Positions 25,069-38,276 are shown, numbered from the whole stretch's first letter. The stretch is DNA of 52,161 nucleotides, filler included, from Sphacelaria rigidula (GCA_964200075.2; 4 parts of 4 records of this genome joined end to end with filler, not necessarily neighbours in it); one strand, 5' to 3'. The notes: generated by a model from the sequence alone, not told the origin. Numbers and translations: made by a program.

Positions 25069-26034
25069 GTGGGTATGTTAGGTCTGGGGGGAAGAGGAAG
25101 AGGTGTGTGTGTTGGGGGGGGGGGGTGAGGGCTTGACTTTGCGTTTTGTCGTGTTCTTTTCAAGTTTTATCATTTTGGGACCGGCCCCCCACTAACACAG
25201 GGTTGACCCAGTGTTGGTGATAAAAATAAGTCAGGGAGCGACCTGCCGAATCACAGCGAGACGAAATTTATCGACCAGACCCGAACGACCAGCGCGGGGG
25301 TTGTTGTCGAATGTGATGCCACCGCAACGATCGTATGGGGGCCCTATCCCTGGCTCAGATAAGCCTTCCCAGGTTTCCAAGTGCAGGGTGGTCGCAGCTT
25401 GGTTTTATGGTGGTACCTGTATTCAGTATAGCGTTCCCGAGATTTTCCGGAGGTTTTTTGGGTCGCGATTTTATACTAAAACGTAGGTGACACAGGGTGG
25501 AGCGGAAAAAAACGGGACGGAGTGTACATGCTGCAATGTGGTCATTTTCACGAGACACTAAACCCAGGTGGGCTGTGGAAAGACAAAAGCAGCTACCGTC
25601 ATGAATTCTGTTTATCCCTCTGCCGATGACTTGCAGTGTGTAAAATTAACATGTATGTAGTGGGCGGGGATGACGAAGCGGTAGATAGGCGGTTGATCTC
25701 GGTAGCTGAGAATTGCCCAGAATGTGCAAGGGAGTAAGCAGCGGCAGCTGCTGCTGCAGTCGGAGAGGCGTACTACACTGTACAGTACTACTACTGTATG
25801 CATGCGCGCCGCAACGCTGATACCCTTCGAAGAGAATTTGCCGCATGCAACAAAGAGGGAAATGGCGGCCCACCCCGACCACAAAGGGTTGTGTGGCACG
25901 GTAATGGGGACAATAATACCATCCAAAGCCACAAGTGACGGGCGGCCCGCTGGTCGCCACATCCTGTTGGAAGCTCTCTACCGTGACCCATTCTGCTTGC
26001 TACATGAGATGTACACCACCTAATGCGCACCCTG

Positions 26035-26134
26035 NNNNNNNNNNNNNNNNNNNNNNNNNNNNNNNNNNNNNNNNNNNNTTAATTAATTAANNNNNNNNNN
26101 NNNNNNNNNNNNNNNNNNNNNNNNNNNNNNNNNN
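26035..26134. other. Artificial contig spacer
   Basis: 44 N + TTAATTAATTAA + 44 N. Confidence 0.97.
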
Positions 26135-26174
26135 CAACCAAATCCCCCCCCCCCCCCCTATCGTAGGATGACTC

Positions 26175-27132
26175 AAATGTCGAGGATTCAACCGAAGAGT
26201 TCGGCATGGATCTTGCCATCATTGAAGAATCACGGCCATGGGATCTGCTCGCTGTTACTTTGTCTGCCAGTCTATCAGCATACATGTTGCGCAGGGTACC
26301 TTCAATCTCCCAGATGCTGAAATCAGGGTGTCGTTCGGCGTTGTATTATATCTGGTCGTAGTCGCTGATTAGACCCTCGACTACAATATCAGATAATCTT
26401 TTATCGGAGGTGGGCTCGCCGCTGTGAACGAGCTCGTCTAGAAGCTGGAATAGTTTGCAGGGAAGACGTCCGAATCTTGCTCCGGTGACATGGTCATGTT
26501 GTCAAGTTGTCGCATGAGGAAGCGGCGTCTTTGTTTAGATAAATTCTGGTATTTAGCTACCAGACCTTGCCACGCACATTTGCCGTTTGGTTCCTCTGAG
26601 TCCCTCGGCTGAAAACGCAGGAGGTAACTTGCCGCTGAACCAATTGTCGGCAAATCCTAAACGTTGAAAAACTGCTCTTGCCGGTCCCAGTTTTCTATGT
26701 CATGCGTGTTCAAAAGTTGTCTCACATGTGACGCCATGCTGCGATAATCACACTTTTCGAAGGGGAGGTTGGGCTTGATCATCAGCAGTTTCAAATATCA
26801 CCTGCCGCTGCTGTCGCCTTGCTCCTCGCGGTTGCCCCCACCGATAGTGAAGGGGAACGAGCGGGCGGGTGCTGATGGCTTCTGGAACGGGTCGCAATGG
26901 GACTTGTTCTCGGTGTCGATCTGGCAGCTGGTTGTGTGTGGTCAACATCACAAAAATCTTCATCATACATTTCCGTGGGGCGTTCAACCCCGATGAGGAT
27001 ATCAGAAATCCCCGGATGAGCCAAGGAAATTATGGCGCGCGTAAAGCGCGTCCACTCGACGAACTGCGTACCGTCGAACTTGCTGACACTCCTGATGAGC
27101 TGAGTTACAGATTGCTCTCCCGATATATTCAT
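26175..27132 (-). pseudogene. Ty1/Copia gag, frameshifted
   Basis: SKFDGTQFVEWTR..., GSAASYLLRF...NGKCAWQGLVAKYQN...RQLDNMTM..., DIVVEGLISDYDQI...IEGTLRNMY are Copia gag-like motifs spread over different frames. Lies directly downstream of the PBS and LTR. Confidence 0.85.
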
Positions 27133-27319
27133 CTGCCTCAGGGTTTATTTGTAAAGAATTATTTTCACACCTGTAGATCGTTTGAATGGATATGGTTTCT
27201 TGGTCTTCTGGTTGACGCTGCTTAGACGACCTTGAAGTGACGTCCCCTCGCTCGTGCTGACCGTCGTAGTCTCGAATCGAAGGCTGATGACCTGATGGAC
27301 TACGTGGTCGCGAATCTAA

Positions 27320-27330
27320 GGCTCAAAACC
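27320..27330 (-). promoter_or_regulatory. Copia primer-binding site (degenerate GGTTATGRGCC type)
   Basis: GGTTTTGAGCC abuts the LTR terminal CA on the minus strand. Confidence 0.6.
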
Positions 27331-27802
27331 TGTTGGAAATATTTGGCTCGTGGTGTTTGGTACTGTTCTCGAAACAGACCGACTACTGTCACGGAAACAG
27401 TAGTATAGCAGACGTAGCACAGTGGTGGTCAAACCACTTGTTTCTGCAGCTCAGAAAAATGATCATAAGACAAATGGTTGGTTGGGCTCTTCATCCGGCC
27501 AAGACAAACCAGAACGCACAGTCTCTTCTCAAAGCAGAGAACTGGAGGTAGTGAAGGAGAGTGATTGCAAAGGGCGGCAGAAACCAGCGATTCCAAGCAT
27601 ATCCAATCCTGGAAAAAAAAGCAAAGATCTCTACACGTACGTAGGGTAAAATCATATAATCGAATTCAAACTCGCTACTGCTGACGCGGTAGCCTTGCCA
27701 GCTTAGATCAAGTGCAAACTTGCATAGAAGATATCTTACAGCTTACGTGGCCCAGATATTCTGCTAGAGTATTGACAAATCATGGCAATATTCATTCAAA
27801 CA
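27331..27802 (-). mobile_element. 5' LTR of the Copia element (472 bp)
   Basis: TG...CA ends with short inverted termini TGTTGGAA / TTCAAACA, adjacent to the PBS and gag. Confidence 0.8.
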
Positions 27803-29066
27803 GGTGGACTATAATTCGACACAAAAGAGGTGCTCTGCGTGAAAAGAACAAATGAAACTATACTACATGGTCCGTAGTTTCGTTGAACCGCAACAGGTTG
27901 TACCGCTATCTTTTGTTGCAAAAACTCCATTAAAAAACACAATGAATATAGACCGTACCGTCTAGAATATTTCAACAGTGGGAACCTCGATATGTGGAAA
28001 GAATGCAAACGCTCTCTCTCTCTCTCTCTCTCTCCCTCTCGGGCCGCCACGTGTGTCCACGCTCATCGTTGACGAAAGATCCAATCTCAATTTGTAAAAT
28101 CGGGCGATAATTGAACGGCAACGAGCTCATGGCGGGCAGGACCTCGTATCCACAGCATAGACAAGACATGCAAACACAAGTTCTTGTTGTACGTTTGGGC
28201 ATATTTCGTCCCCCAAGAACGCCTTTTGCTCCGTCTCGAAAGGGATGCGTGGTCAATGGTCAAATGACTAAGGCAAGCAACAAATGAGTACGCCCCCCCC
28301 CCCAAGAACGCCTTCAAAATATCGTAATATATTGTAGACAGTACAGCACTATTGTAAGGTGCAACATGAAATCGAGTTCGGCACATTCTTGAAATACGCC
28401 GGAGAACTCTATCTGCCCCTACATGCAGCCCGTGCATTATGATGTACCATAGCACAGCCACTGCGAACGTAGCACAGTAGACGTCAGGGGGCTACAGTCC
28501 CCGACCATCCCCTTCCCCCCCACCACACAAGAGAAAAGCTAAAATATGAACTTTGGGGGTTTGTTTGTAAATATTCCTCCCAGCAAACAGATATCCTTTT
28601 CGCAGCCGCAATGATCGTCTCCAGGAGCTATGAAGCACATACCTCCATGTGACATATACATTCACCGTACCAGGAAACCCGGCGGTTGGAGATTTCCCAG
28701 TCATCGTTTCCGCACCATTACTGTCGACCCCGCTCTCCTTTACTGCCTTCACGCAAGTGCTCCCCATCCAGTAGGAAGATTTCAAGTGTCTATACAGCAT
28801 ATACACAGCATATATACAGCTTACAAGACGAATTATAAAGGAGAGCCATATAATTCACTTGTAAAACCCTGCAGTGACTGTCATAGCAACAATCAACACC
28901 CCGCGACCCGGTAGATAAAACGCCCCTTTACAGACCCTGGACGAATATATTGCTCTTAACTCTAACATGAGTTTTGACCAATGACTGATCTGGTAAAATA
29001 TACTACGTAGTCAATTCTATGGTACTTCTCAGGAAGAGCTCTCTCGGGTTAAATGCCTCGATGTGA

Positions 29067-29319
29067 GTGATGCCGCGACAGCTCCCCCCAGAAAAGTGAC
29101 AGGTTCGAGCATGCAATATCCACATTGCCAATCAAAATGACAAAAGCCGAGCTCACCGAGCATCTGGGAACTCCGATGCTTGGGGATCGTTATTGCCAGT
29201 GACGCCTATATGACGCGCTTCATGCAGCCTGAGAACCAGCTCTAATGCGCTCGCGCAATGAGCGTTTTCTTTGTGACAGCTTTGATACTGTTTTGGGAGA
29301 GGGGCTATCGCGGCATCAC
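29067..29319. mobile_element. MITE, TIR GTGATGCCGCGAYAGC(C/T)CC (copy 2)
   Basis: gtgatgccgcgacagctccccc and ggggctatcgcggcatcac ends; internal similarity to 4145-4388. Confidence 0.8.
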
Positions 29320-30370
29320 CTATGTGTTCCTCCGAAGACCTCACCCATCGCAGTAGGAGCCAAAACAAATGTTGTACCCCGCACAAATCAGTTGTAGAAA
29401 CGCCTGACGGACCATCAGCGCAGGAATTCGTATAAAGGAGCAGCTCTTGCTCTGCTCATGGTACTGATCTAGATACACAACTAACGTCGACATTTGAATG
29501 CTCTCTCTATAAGATATACCTTGCCACGCAACTAAATTAAATGTCGACTTTGGACCCCACTCTCTACAATATACACATTTTGTCACTCGGGTGTACCGCA
29601 GCCCAACGTCCGCTCCATCGATGAAACTCATGTAAAAACCCACACCCATGTTCGACAATCTTGGGCACACTCCCTGACTCCTAAACATGCTTGTAGCTCC
29701 TCTCCCGTTGTCCTGCGGCAACGAAACGGGATGGCAATGGGATCGGATGGAATGAGGGTAGGGAGAACAGCGGAAAATAGAAAAAAGGGGACCTCACATT
29801 TCCGTCATGCCCGGACAGGGCTATTGGCTTACACAAGGAATGATGCGTGAACTTTTCGCCAGCCCGGGGAGCACTCCTGAAGAGTCAGGTGATCAAGCTA
29901 GCAGCTCTAGGGTATTCATTCCCCGCACTCTGAAAAATGATTTTCCAGCTGCGCCCCAAAGGCGCTACAAGTCTAACCGTTGTACACGAAGGGGCATCAC
30001 AAGCGTGGGGACGACGGAAGATGTGTGTAGATGGAGCCGCATACCTCAAGGGATAGAAAGCTTTCGAAGAGAAATATCCCCTGGCGGTCGGATATATGTC
30101 ATATTCTTGCTTTCAAATGTGGGGAGACGCATAGAATACCCTTGTATTGAACCCCTTGGCATAAACACGTGCAAGGCGATCGCGTAGTGACCCCCTTACA
30201 TGGCGCTGAGAGTGATACCGTACAAAACACTTCTACGAACAGGGAAAGTATTTATGCATATGTTAGCGTCAGAACCATCCCCCACATCGCCACTATTTGA
30301 CCCCTCTAGATTGGATGAAGAAGCTCACGCTCCCACACCAGTTTATTTACCCGACTGTGAGCTGTCGATG

Positions 30371-30622
30371 ACACTTTCCACGACATCCCCCCCCCCAAAA
30401 AGTGCGTGGTTTGGGGAGGCAAAATCTTCACTTAAATCGGAACGGGAAAAGCCGAGCATAACGAGCAGCTGGAAATTTCCACGTTCGGGTTCGTTCTAGC
30501 CAATGTCGCCCATATGAGGCGCTTCATGCAGCCTGAACCCAAACCACCAGGCGCTGTATGATCATTTGTTTCGTGACACTTTTGGGCTGGTTTTTTGGGG
30601 GGGGGGCTATCGTAGAAAGTGT
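30371..30622. mobile_element. MITE of the same internal family with variant TIRs (copy 3)
   Basis: acactttccacgacatccccc and ggggctatcgtagaaagtgt ends. Shares 'gccaatgtcgcccatatgaggcgc' with 4271-4295. Confidence 0.7.
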
Positions 30623-31290
30623 TCGATGTCGTTCCCAACGACAAGCTTGCGTCTAGGGATTATTAGTCCGGGCAGTCGCAGCTTCTTGTCTTGTTCTCAT
30701 CGGGGTTCGGAACTGCACCTTGCGTACACTTACAACACAATACACAGTAGAAAAATGACTGATTGAGTCAGAGATCCGAACTCTTTCCATGATGCGACAT
30801 TGTTGTTGCTTCTGTTTGAACCGTCGTTTTGTCGCTCAAGGCCGCATTGAGTGGGCATATGCGTCGGAGAGTGTCCCAGCGTGTGCCCTGAGCGTTTTCC
30901 ACCCTCTGCAAGCGTTGCGATTCGTCTAGGGTTTTGTAGAATGAAGCAATATTCTCACGGCACGTGCAGAGGAGACTCATCAAGCCGCTGCTGCTGATTC
31001 AATAAAATTCATCTCTCGAGAATGGACCTTTTGACCCTTTCGCGACCTTCTCAGCCCGAGAAAAGAGCTTGGCGATTGTTTTTCACCTGCGTGCTGGTAG
31101 TCCTGACGTACTCTCACATATTTCACAAGTCATGTTTTGGATGAGATGGAGGGCTCCTAACAATTATAACCTCAGAAAATATTTGTGCACCCCTACCGCA
31201 GCATCACTCTCACAACAACTCAGATCGAAGTATGAGGCGAACGAAGCGTCATCCGGACGCAGCGGCTCACGTCTTGCAGCTTACCATCAA

Positions 31291-31449
31291 TTACACCAAT
31301 GTTTCTGTTGAGCACTCCGTCTCCAATGCTGGAGCGGCTGGCTTTTCTCCATCCTCCGATGAATCTGTGTCATCCTTGTCCCCATTCTTCGATCCTCCAG
31401 GAGCCCTTCTGACCCTTCCTTGATACAGCTCGAAGCCTAACAACGCCTC
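31291..31449 (-). CDS. Multi-pass membrane protein gene, putative terminal exon (EALLGFELY...TETLV*)
   Basis: TTTTGCAG acceptor, 53 codons to TAA, phase 0 matching the previous exon. Acidic low-complexity tail. Confidence 0.6.
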   Translation of the reverse strand, partial: EALLGFELYQGRVRRAPGGSKNGDKDDTDSSEDGEKPAAPALETECSTETLV

Positions 31450-31663
31450 CTGCAAAATATCGAGGAGAAGGGATACACCACGAAGGAACAGCGGTAAAGA
31501 AACAGCCTTTTCTTTCATCGATCTGTCATCTCACCACGGCGTACGTGTGCGGCGGAACTCGGACCGCTTCAACGTGCACAACAATCAACGTGCACATGTT
31601 TTTTGGCGTTCGGTTGATCTCTTTGAACACTACCTGATCTCCGAGGGAACTATGATAGCAAGT

Positions 31664-31910
31664 CATGCTACGATAGGGGGGGGGGGGGATTTTGGGCCAC
31701 TTCTTTTACTTCTTCCACTTCAAATCTTCGCTAAAAGCAGCGATGGTTGTTCAAGCGCGCTTGTTGCCAATAGATAACGCTTATTAATACCGATTGACTC
31801 CGTTTTTACCTAAATACAAGTGCACCGCGAGTGTGGTAGGTCGTCGGACACACCTGTGAACGCCCTTTTTCGTGGAAGCAAATCCCCCCCCTCCCCCCTA
31901 TCGTAGCATG
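31664..31910. mobile_element. MITE with TIR CATGCTACGATAGGGGG
   Basis: catgctacgatagggggg and cccccctatcgtagcatg ends; internal region similar to ~48460-48660. Confidence 0.8.
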
Positions 31911-32552
31911 GTCTGGTGACTATGGCATGCATGATTATGAGTACACCTCTATCGTAGCATGGCTATAGCCCTGCTTGCAAGTTGGAAGCACCCACGATAA
32001 GCCAAACGGAATAGATTGTCCCGCGTCTTTCATGTGAGCCGCTACAAACACACAAAGTTGGATAATGGTGAACATCAATAAAAACACCATCCAGGTGCGT
32101 TCTCAATGGACAAACTTTAAACGTGCCACTCGACGTATGTATGCTGTGGTCGTGATACGTGGTGGCGGAACACCAAAAACGAAACGATTGGGTCTGTTTC
32201 TGGTTCTTGCTTTTTGCAGGCAGTAACGGCGACGAGTAGTTTGTTCAGGAATGACTACTTCCTCATGCAGGCGTGCTCGTTGCATGTATGGGGGTTGTTG
32301 GCAGCGTCCTGCCGCAGGTTCATGATGCGTTCCGGCTGCGGCCCCTCACACAACGTCGTGCTTTTTGTATCCGGAGAACAACGCGCTCAAGTCGCGCGGC
32401 GATTGGGGAAGGGAAGGGGGGAGAAGGGGGTACGAATACAGCAGCTGCTGAATCGAGTTGCTTACCTCCGGAAGATGTGCGCCAGGATCCCCGTGGTGAT
32501 TTTCAAAGCCGAGTTTTTCCATTTATGAGATGATGCGGTATGACATTTTTTG

Positions 32553-33854
32553 CAAGGACAGATTGGGTAGGCTATGTATGTTTGAATACCTGGGTGATTT
32601 ACCCGGGTATTTACTCCATCCAAGGTTTGGGTAGATTGCGTACGGCCTCGAATACTCTACCCAATTTTTGAGTAGATTGGGTACAACCTCAAATACCCTA
32701 CACGAGTTTTGGGTAGATTGGGTATGATTTTAATACTCTACCCAACTATTGGGTAAGCACTCTCAGCAATTCCGTAGTATAGAGTAGCACTTGAGTATGG
32801 CGTACACATTCTCCTTCAGAATTGGGTAATTTAGGTACGATTTTCATATTCTACCCAATTTTTGGGTAAAGTGTGTACGACTTCAAGTACCCTACCCAAA
32901 TTGGGGAAATCTCTCTAAACAATATCTCGGTATCGAGTGTCACTTCGGTATGGTCTCAATAATTTACCTCGAATTTGGGTAATTTGGGTATACAATCTCT
33001 AATACGTACCCACATTTTGGGTAGATTAGGTACGATATCAATACTTGAACCAAATACTGGACAAGTCATCTCGCAATACTCAGGTATAGAGTATCACTGC
33101 CATGTGACGAGTCACCATGACCATCGGTGACTGTGTGGGGTCACTTCACAGGCTACCTCGACTATTCAGGCGAACGATGGCTATTAATGAGATGAATGAC
33201 GCCACATCACAGGCTACCGTCAATGTGAGCAAACAGTGGCCATGAAAAAACAAAAAAAACTGCGCTGCATGACCCCGCCGGCCCCTCCTTGAGCAGTATA
33301 TACTTCAAGGGCGGGTCAGGTAGGGTATATACTTTTGGATACTCGGGTGAAAAACCCGGGTATTTTCTCTACCCAAAGTGTGAGTAGAATGGGTACGGCC
33401 TCACTCTACTCAACTTTTGGACAAACTGGGGTGGGTACGGCCTTACTCTACCCAACGTTTGGGTAGATTGGATACGCCCTCAAATACTCTACACGAAATT
33501 TGAGTAGATCGAGTATGATCTCAATACTCTACCCAAATATGGGGAAAGCACTCTCAGCAACACCCGGGTATAGAGCATTACGTGAGTATGACCTACATAG
33601 TATACCCGAAACTTGGGTAATTGGGGTATGATTTGATACTCTTCTTGAATTTTGGGTAGATTGGGTACGGCCTCAAACACCCTACCTAAACTTGGGTGGG
33701 CACTCTCTGCAATACCTGGGAATAGAGTACTACTTTGTTACGACTTCAAGCCTCTACCCACAGTTTGCGGTACGATTTCAACACTTTACCCAAATGTTTG
33801 AGTACTCTTTCCAAAATACCGAGTACCGGGTATACCCTACCTGACCTGCGCTTG
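32553..33854. mobile_element. Composite hAT-like non-autonomous element(s) built of degenerate ~40-bp palindromic tandem units
   Basis: Inner copy has 24-bp TIRs CAAGGGCGGGTCAGGTAGGGTATA (33306) and TATACCCTACCTGACCTGCGCTTG (33854). Outer left end CAAGGACAGATTGGGTAGGCTA at 32553. Flanks cattttttg / catttttg resemble an 8-bp TSD. Unit: tctacccaa-nnn-ttgggtagattgggtacg. Confidence 0.75.
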
Positions 33855-35345
33855 CATTTTTGAAGAACTGTAGAGTGATATCATTCGGTATCGTTCGAAA
33901 CTGCAGTGGCATGAATATGACGTAATCTGCGATTGCTGTCCACGCATCTTTACACGGGATTATGGCTCAGCTCACGTAGTATGTGTTGTTCATTGACCAC
34001 ATCCCGAGTGCCCGGTGGCCAATCTTGTGTATAGAGAATTTAAATTGTCGTGGTGTACAGCACATACATAGTGTAGGCTGTATCCATATTATATTGTCGT
34101 GTGAAGCATCCATTCTGTGTGTCGACATTACGGCTACGGAACGATATAGTAGCATCATGCATCCTACGTTTCATTTCACGTTCCATCTCACTTTTCATTC
34201 TACAAGTATTATGTAGCGGTGAAAACCATGCTAGGCAGGTAACCTAATAAGTCCATATGGGCAGGGAAGTGCGAAATTATTTGCTTTCTGGAGATAAAAA
34301 AAACGGGGTTGACGTGCCTGCACTGTCCGATGCGGTCTTGCATAAGATATACTTGTTGCGTGATCCTTTACCCATTCGACACATCATCATGGTTTCAGTC
34401 AACCCTATATGTGGTAGACGGGCCAATATACGGTGTCGGGCCTTGGACCTAAACCAGTCACTCATACTTCGAATAGGGTGAACATAGCATCAAATATATA
34501 CAGTATATATATATATATATAAATAAATCTTCAGCATCATCTATACAGGACCCGAAACGCGTCTCTGGTGCAGATAGGACAAATAGCAGCAAGACATGGC
34601 ACAAGAAGGTGCCCTACAACCGTATACAACACCTGGCGTGCACCGCTCGCTCTGATCGCACTTTCGCCACGTCACATTATCCTGGCACGTCAAATAGGGC
34701 CTTGTGGCGGTACCTGGTTGCGATTTGATATTAAAATTGAAAAACAGAAGTGATATCCGCTTCCTTGTCCAATTACTCTGAAAGTTGGTCGGCGTGTAGC
34801 TGACCCCAACGCGACATCCATGATATTTTCTGTGGTTCGCTGAGCCATTATTAGTCTTCGCACGTGAGGGCCAAAATATAGATATTGGGGAAAATATCGA
34901 CGATAACGTTTTCGACGCTGTTGGAAAAGTACATGTATATTTTGGTTTGTTCACTTGAAGTTCGAGAGTTAGGGCCTGAAGGGTTTGGAGAAGAAGCATA
35001 TCGATCGTCCGGAGGCCATGCCTGGGGATGTTAATTTTTCTGGAGACAAAAGCTACTCTGTATTCCGGATATTTCCTTGAATGAACCTACCTCCGAAAGA
35101 TAATACTAAACATGAAAAAAAAACGAGACCTCGGGTGAACAATCGCTGCAGTCACTGTTTTGAACCAATTCGCGGGACCCGCCTGTACTACCCACGCGTG
35201 GGCGGTTCGAGCCCCGGTTTACTTCCATCATTTGCATTACTCCTGTTGCTGCCATTCGGGAGTCGAAACAAAATCACCTGTACACTCGAACTGCTGAATA
35301 GATACCTGTCCCGCCCACCCTCCTATCGCTGTGTCGTCCTCATAC

Positions 35346-35534
35346 CTGGATATGTCTGGAGCTGAACAAAACCCCGATCGAGGCCCAGGTGTTGCACCAA
35401 ATGGACAGGAACAAGAGCACGTTGACCAAAATCAGCATCACCGAGAATATCGCGCTGCTCCTTGAGTTGGCGTCGGCTATTCCTACCTTGATCACCAAGG
35501 CTAGGAAATTTGAGAAGAAAATGACCCAACAACC
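35346..35534 (-). CDS. Multi-pass membrane protein exon (GCWVIFFSNFLALVIK...VLFSSRHIQ), two TM helices
   Basis: CCGCAG acceptor and GTATGA donor, 189 nt, phase 0/0. Confidence 0.9.
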
Positions 35535-35833
35535 CTGCGGTGGAAAGGATTCACAGTTGAGCAAGCGAGTGCAGGTTAGATGGGTCGCATACTGCAGCAA
35601 CATGGCGAGGATGGTGGCGTTCGAAAGTTGCTCGCATTTCGGTTCTCGCATTTTACCGCCTCCTGGAACTGCACAGGAATGAACCGCGATGTCCTGTTTC
35701 CCAGAGTTCGAGAACGCGTCAAAGCCACAGAAAACATTGCCAATCCCCCCCTCCCCCCCTCCCCCCTCCGTGCCCCCTTCGGAGAATCTCAATGGTTGAA
35801 AACACGCCATCTCAGCACCTCAACGCAACTTAC

Positions 35834-35897
35834 CGTCCTGTAAAGCTGTATGTCCACGCGCTCAACATGTGGTCTCAAAGCCTCGAACAGCTGGAGG
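35834..35897 (-). CDS. Multi-pass membrane protein exon (SLQLFEALRPHVERVDIQLYRT)
   Basis: AACAG acceptor and GTAAGT donor, 64 nt, phase 2/0 consistent with neighbours. Confidence 0.85.
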
Positions 35898-36124
35898 CTG
35901 TTGGCCGTGAGAAGTGTACGCACATGGGAGAGGGGGGTGTAGTGATGATCTTGCGTGCCGTGATCACATGATCATTGACCTTGCATCCCTACAAAGTCGG
36001 GACGGGGCACGCCGGGGTTTCGTCAGACCAGGCTCGCAATCACCACGCGCGAAGCGCCGTATTGGGAGAGGGGTAGTGCGGCTGAAGAGTGAAACCTCTG
36101 GGCATTTTTTTTCTTCCCTCACAC

Positions 36125-36410
36125 TTTGAACCCCTCTCCTTCCTCGGGATGAGTCCGTGGTCTCAAGGGAACAAACAACCCATCTCTCCCCCGGTACGTG
36201 CCTTTGATTTTGGTCACGCGGATTGGGTCAGCACTACGCGCCGACTCACGTCACACAAACCCAGTCGACTACTTTGTTTACTCACGTTCTCGCGCTTTCC
36301 ACGGTGGAAATTATACATTACGAAGAAAAACCCCAACGCATCGGGAATCGAACCCCCTTTCTTTCCACCCTGATGGCGACAGTCGGACCATTACACCACC
36401 GGGGCGCGGC
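36125..36410 (-). mobile_element. tRNA-derived SINE
   Basis: Minus strand has A box TGGTGTAATGG and B box GGTTCGATTCC. The 3' part 'ttcctcggga.ga.tccgtggtctcaa.gg' recurs at ~2620-2745 and ~24445-24500. Confidence 0.7.
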
Positions 36411-36684
36411 GGCTTAGTGTATGAATAACCAGGTGCCCACGCTCGCGCTACAGTGATATCCATCAGCCCTTGTTTGTACAAGTGGCGATGAACGCAAAGA
36501 GCTCACGAAAAAGCGTGGACAACTATGTAGTCTTTACACATCATCACCACAGTGAAGGGTAAAAACGGAGATAGAGAGTAATGTTGGCAGCAGGAGCAAT
36601 CTTCACTAGCTCTGTGCAGCGCCTTCATTGCCCCCCCCCCATCACGAGGAAATACTACAGGGCATCGCGACGAGCCAGCCGTAC

Positions 36685-36788
36685 CTCAGAAAAGCGAAGA
36701 TGCAGCTCATACCCAACTGTCCTGGACTGCCGCTTAGGGTGAAGACCAGAAGCCCGGTCAGCATCAAACGCCTGATGCACTCGCAAAC
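36685..36788 (-). CDS. Multi-pass membrane protein exon (VCECIRRLMLTGLLVFTLSGSPGQLGMSCIFAFL)
   Basis: GACAG acceptor and GTACGG donor, 104 nt, phase 0/2. 'YYYEV.EC.RRL.LTG' motif spans the splice junction. Confidence 0.9.
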
Positions 36789-37013
36789 CTGTCAGTCGTG
36801 TCCAGGGAGGAACCGCGGGTGTGAAACAGCTGATAGCGTCTTGATGACTACGAGTTTTTCATCGAACTCCTCTGCCTGGAGCTCACCCTACCAGTGAATA
36901 TTTTGTTGGCCGGCATCATTACATGCTGACTGCGACCATAAAAAACAGAGGTAGAATCTATCGCTCGACTCATCGCGGATCCATCTACGCGACGTTTATT
37001 CATTTCCCCCTAC

Positions 37014-37106
37014 CTCGTAGTAGTATCGGCTTGGATGGTATGCGCCCCACAAAAAGGCCGTTGGCGCGACCGTCTCGTCGCTCTGGCGTTGCTCGATCTT
37101 CTCCCG
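37014..37106 (-). CDS. Multi-pass membrane protein exon (REKIEQRQSDETVAPTAFLWGAYHPSRYYYE)
   Basis: GACAG acceptor and GTAGGG donor, 93 nt, phase 0/0; 'FLW..Y....YYYE' motif. Confidence 0.9.
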
Positions 37107-37825
37107 CTGTCACGAAAACACGCCAAGGGACACAGATAAATGCAGAACGCACTCGATATGTTAAGCGAGCGATATGCGATGTCAAGACGGGTACTTCGTC
37201 CATTTCGAGGAAAGCTCACGAGTCGAGCAGAAACGTAAGTTCATCCTCGCGGTGCGATGCTAGGGCAAAGCTTGGATATATATTTTGGGATTTCTGACAC
37301 CAAGTACACGATAGCGGACGAACAATGCAAAGTGCATTTCACCGTGACCGAAAAGCGCTGCGGGGTTTAGTTTCACAGGCTATGCGAGTCACACGATACA
37401 TTGGCCGTTTTAATTTTCGCCGGAACAGTGTGGGCTCTGGTATGCACAGTATAGGCCTGTCCCATACCCGATATTGCCCTGCTACGTGGGAGTGAGAGGC
37501 GAAACGAGTGGTGTTGATGTTGGTTTGACAGCGTAGTGAAGGGCGGCTCACAATATACCTCTCAACACGTTCTACGTAGTATCACTAATCCGCTGTCGGG
37601 TCCATGGCATCTATATACTCGGATGTGCATGTCGTTCAACGACAACGAGGCCAAACGGACCACCCCAGAGCAAACGTCTTGACGCAACGGTGTATATATT
37701 ATTGATGCGGGTTTAAAGAGGAGGTGGGGTGTACTTATGATGATGCCTGCCATAGTCATAAGACCATTGACCTCATTGTTGAAGGGGAGGGGGGGGTTGG
37801 GGGTATCGTGGAGGCTTCATCTCAC

Positions 37826-37932
37826 CAGCACGTGTTCATTCCCCACGTTTCCCGCCTTCTCGACGCGAGGGTTGATCTTGGACCTCTGTCGCACGAGGAA
37901 GTAGCAAAACGCTGCAGGAATTCCCAGAGGGT
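37826..37932 (-). CDS. Multi-pass membrane protein exon (YPLGIPAAFCYFLVRQRSKINP...EHVL)
   Basis: TAG acceptor and GTGAGA donor, 107 nt, phase 1/0; YP.GIP motif. Confidence 0.9.
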
Positions 37933-38276
37933 CTACGTCACCACCGAGGGGATGAGAACGGACACACAAAAAAGAAGAAGAAGAGCATTAAAAGGGTAAC
38001 ATCAACAGATAACAAGTGTGCAGAAAGGGGAAGCGACGTGATACCAGTTTTGACCGAGTCTCTTAAGCATGGAGGTTTTCGATTACGGTGAGGAGGAGCT
38101 CTAGCTGTTAAAACTCTCAGCCGTAAGGAGGTGCAACTGAAGCAATACCTATTTCCCGAGAGCGCAGGGGAGACAAAATTATCTCAATATTTGCATTCGC
38201 AAAAAAATCGTTCTCGTTTTCCCATGAACTTGTGAACCCAACACCCGCACACAAAGAGTATTTCGGTAAGACTCAC

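Noticed and set aside
25965..26034. TGTTGGAAG as the 3' LTR of the Copia element
   Set aside because: Similarity stops after 8 bp, and it lies on a different contig across an artificial spacer.
32553..33854. CRISPR-like array of palindromic repeats
   Set aside because: Units are degenerate and abut without unique spacers, are bounded by TIRs, and lie in a eukaryotic intron with no cas genes.
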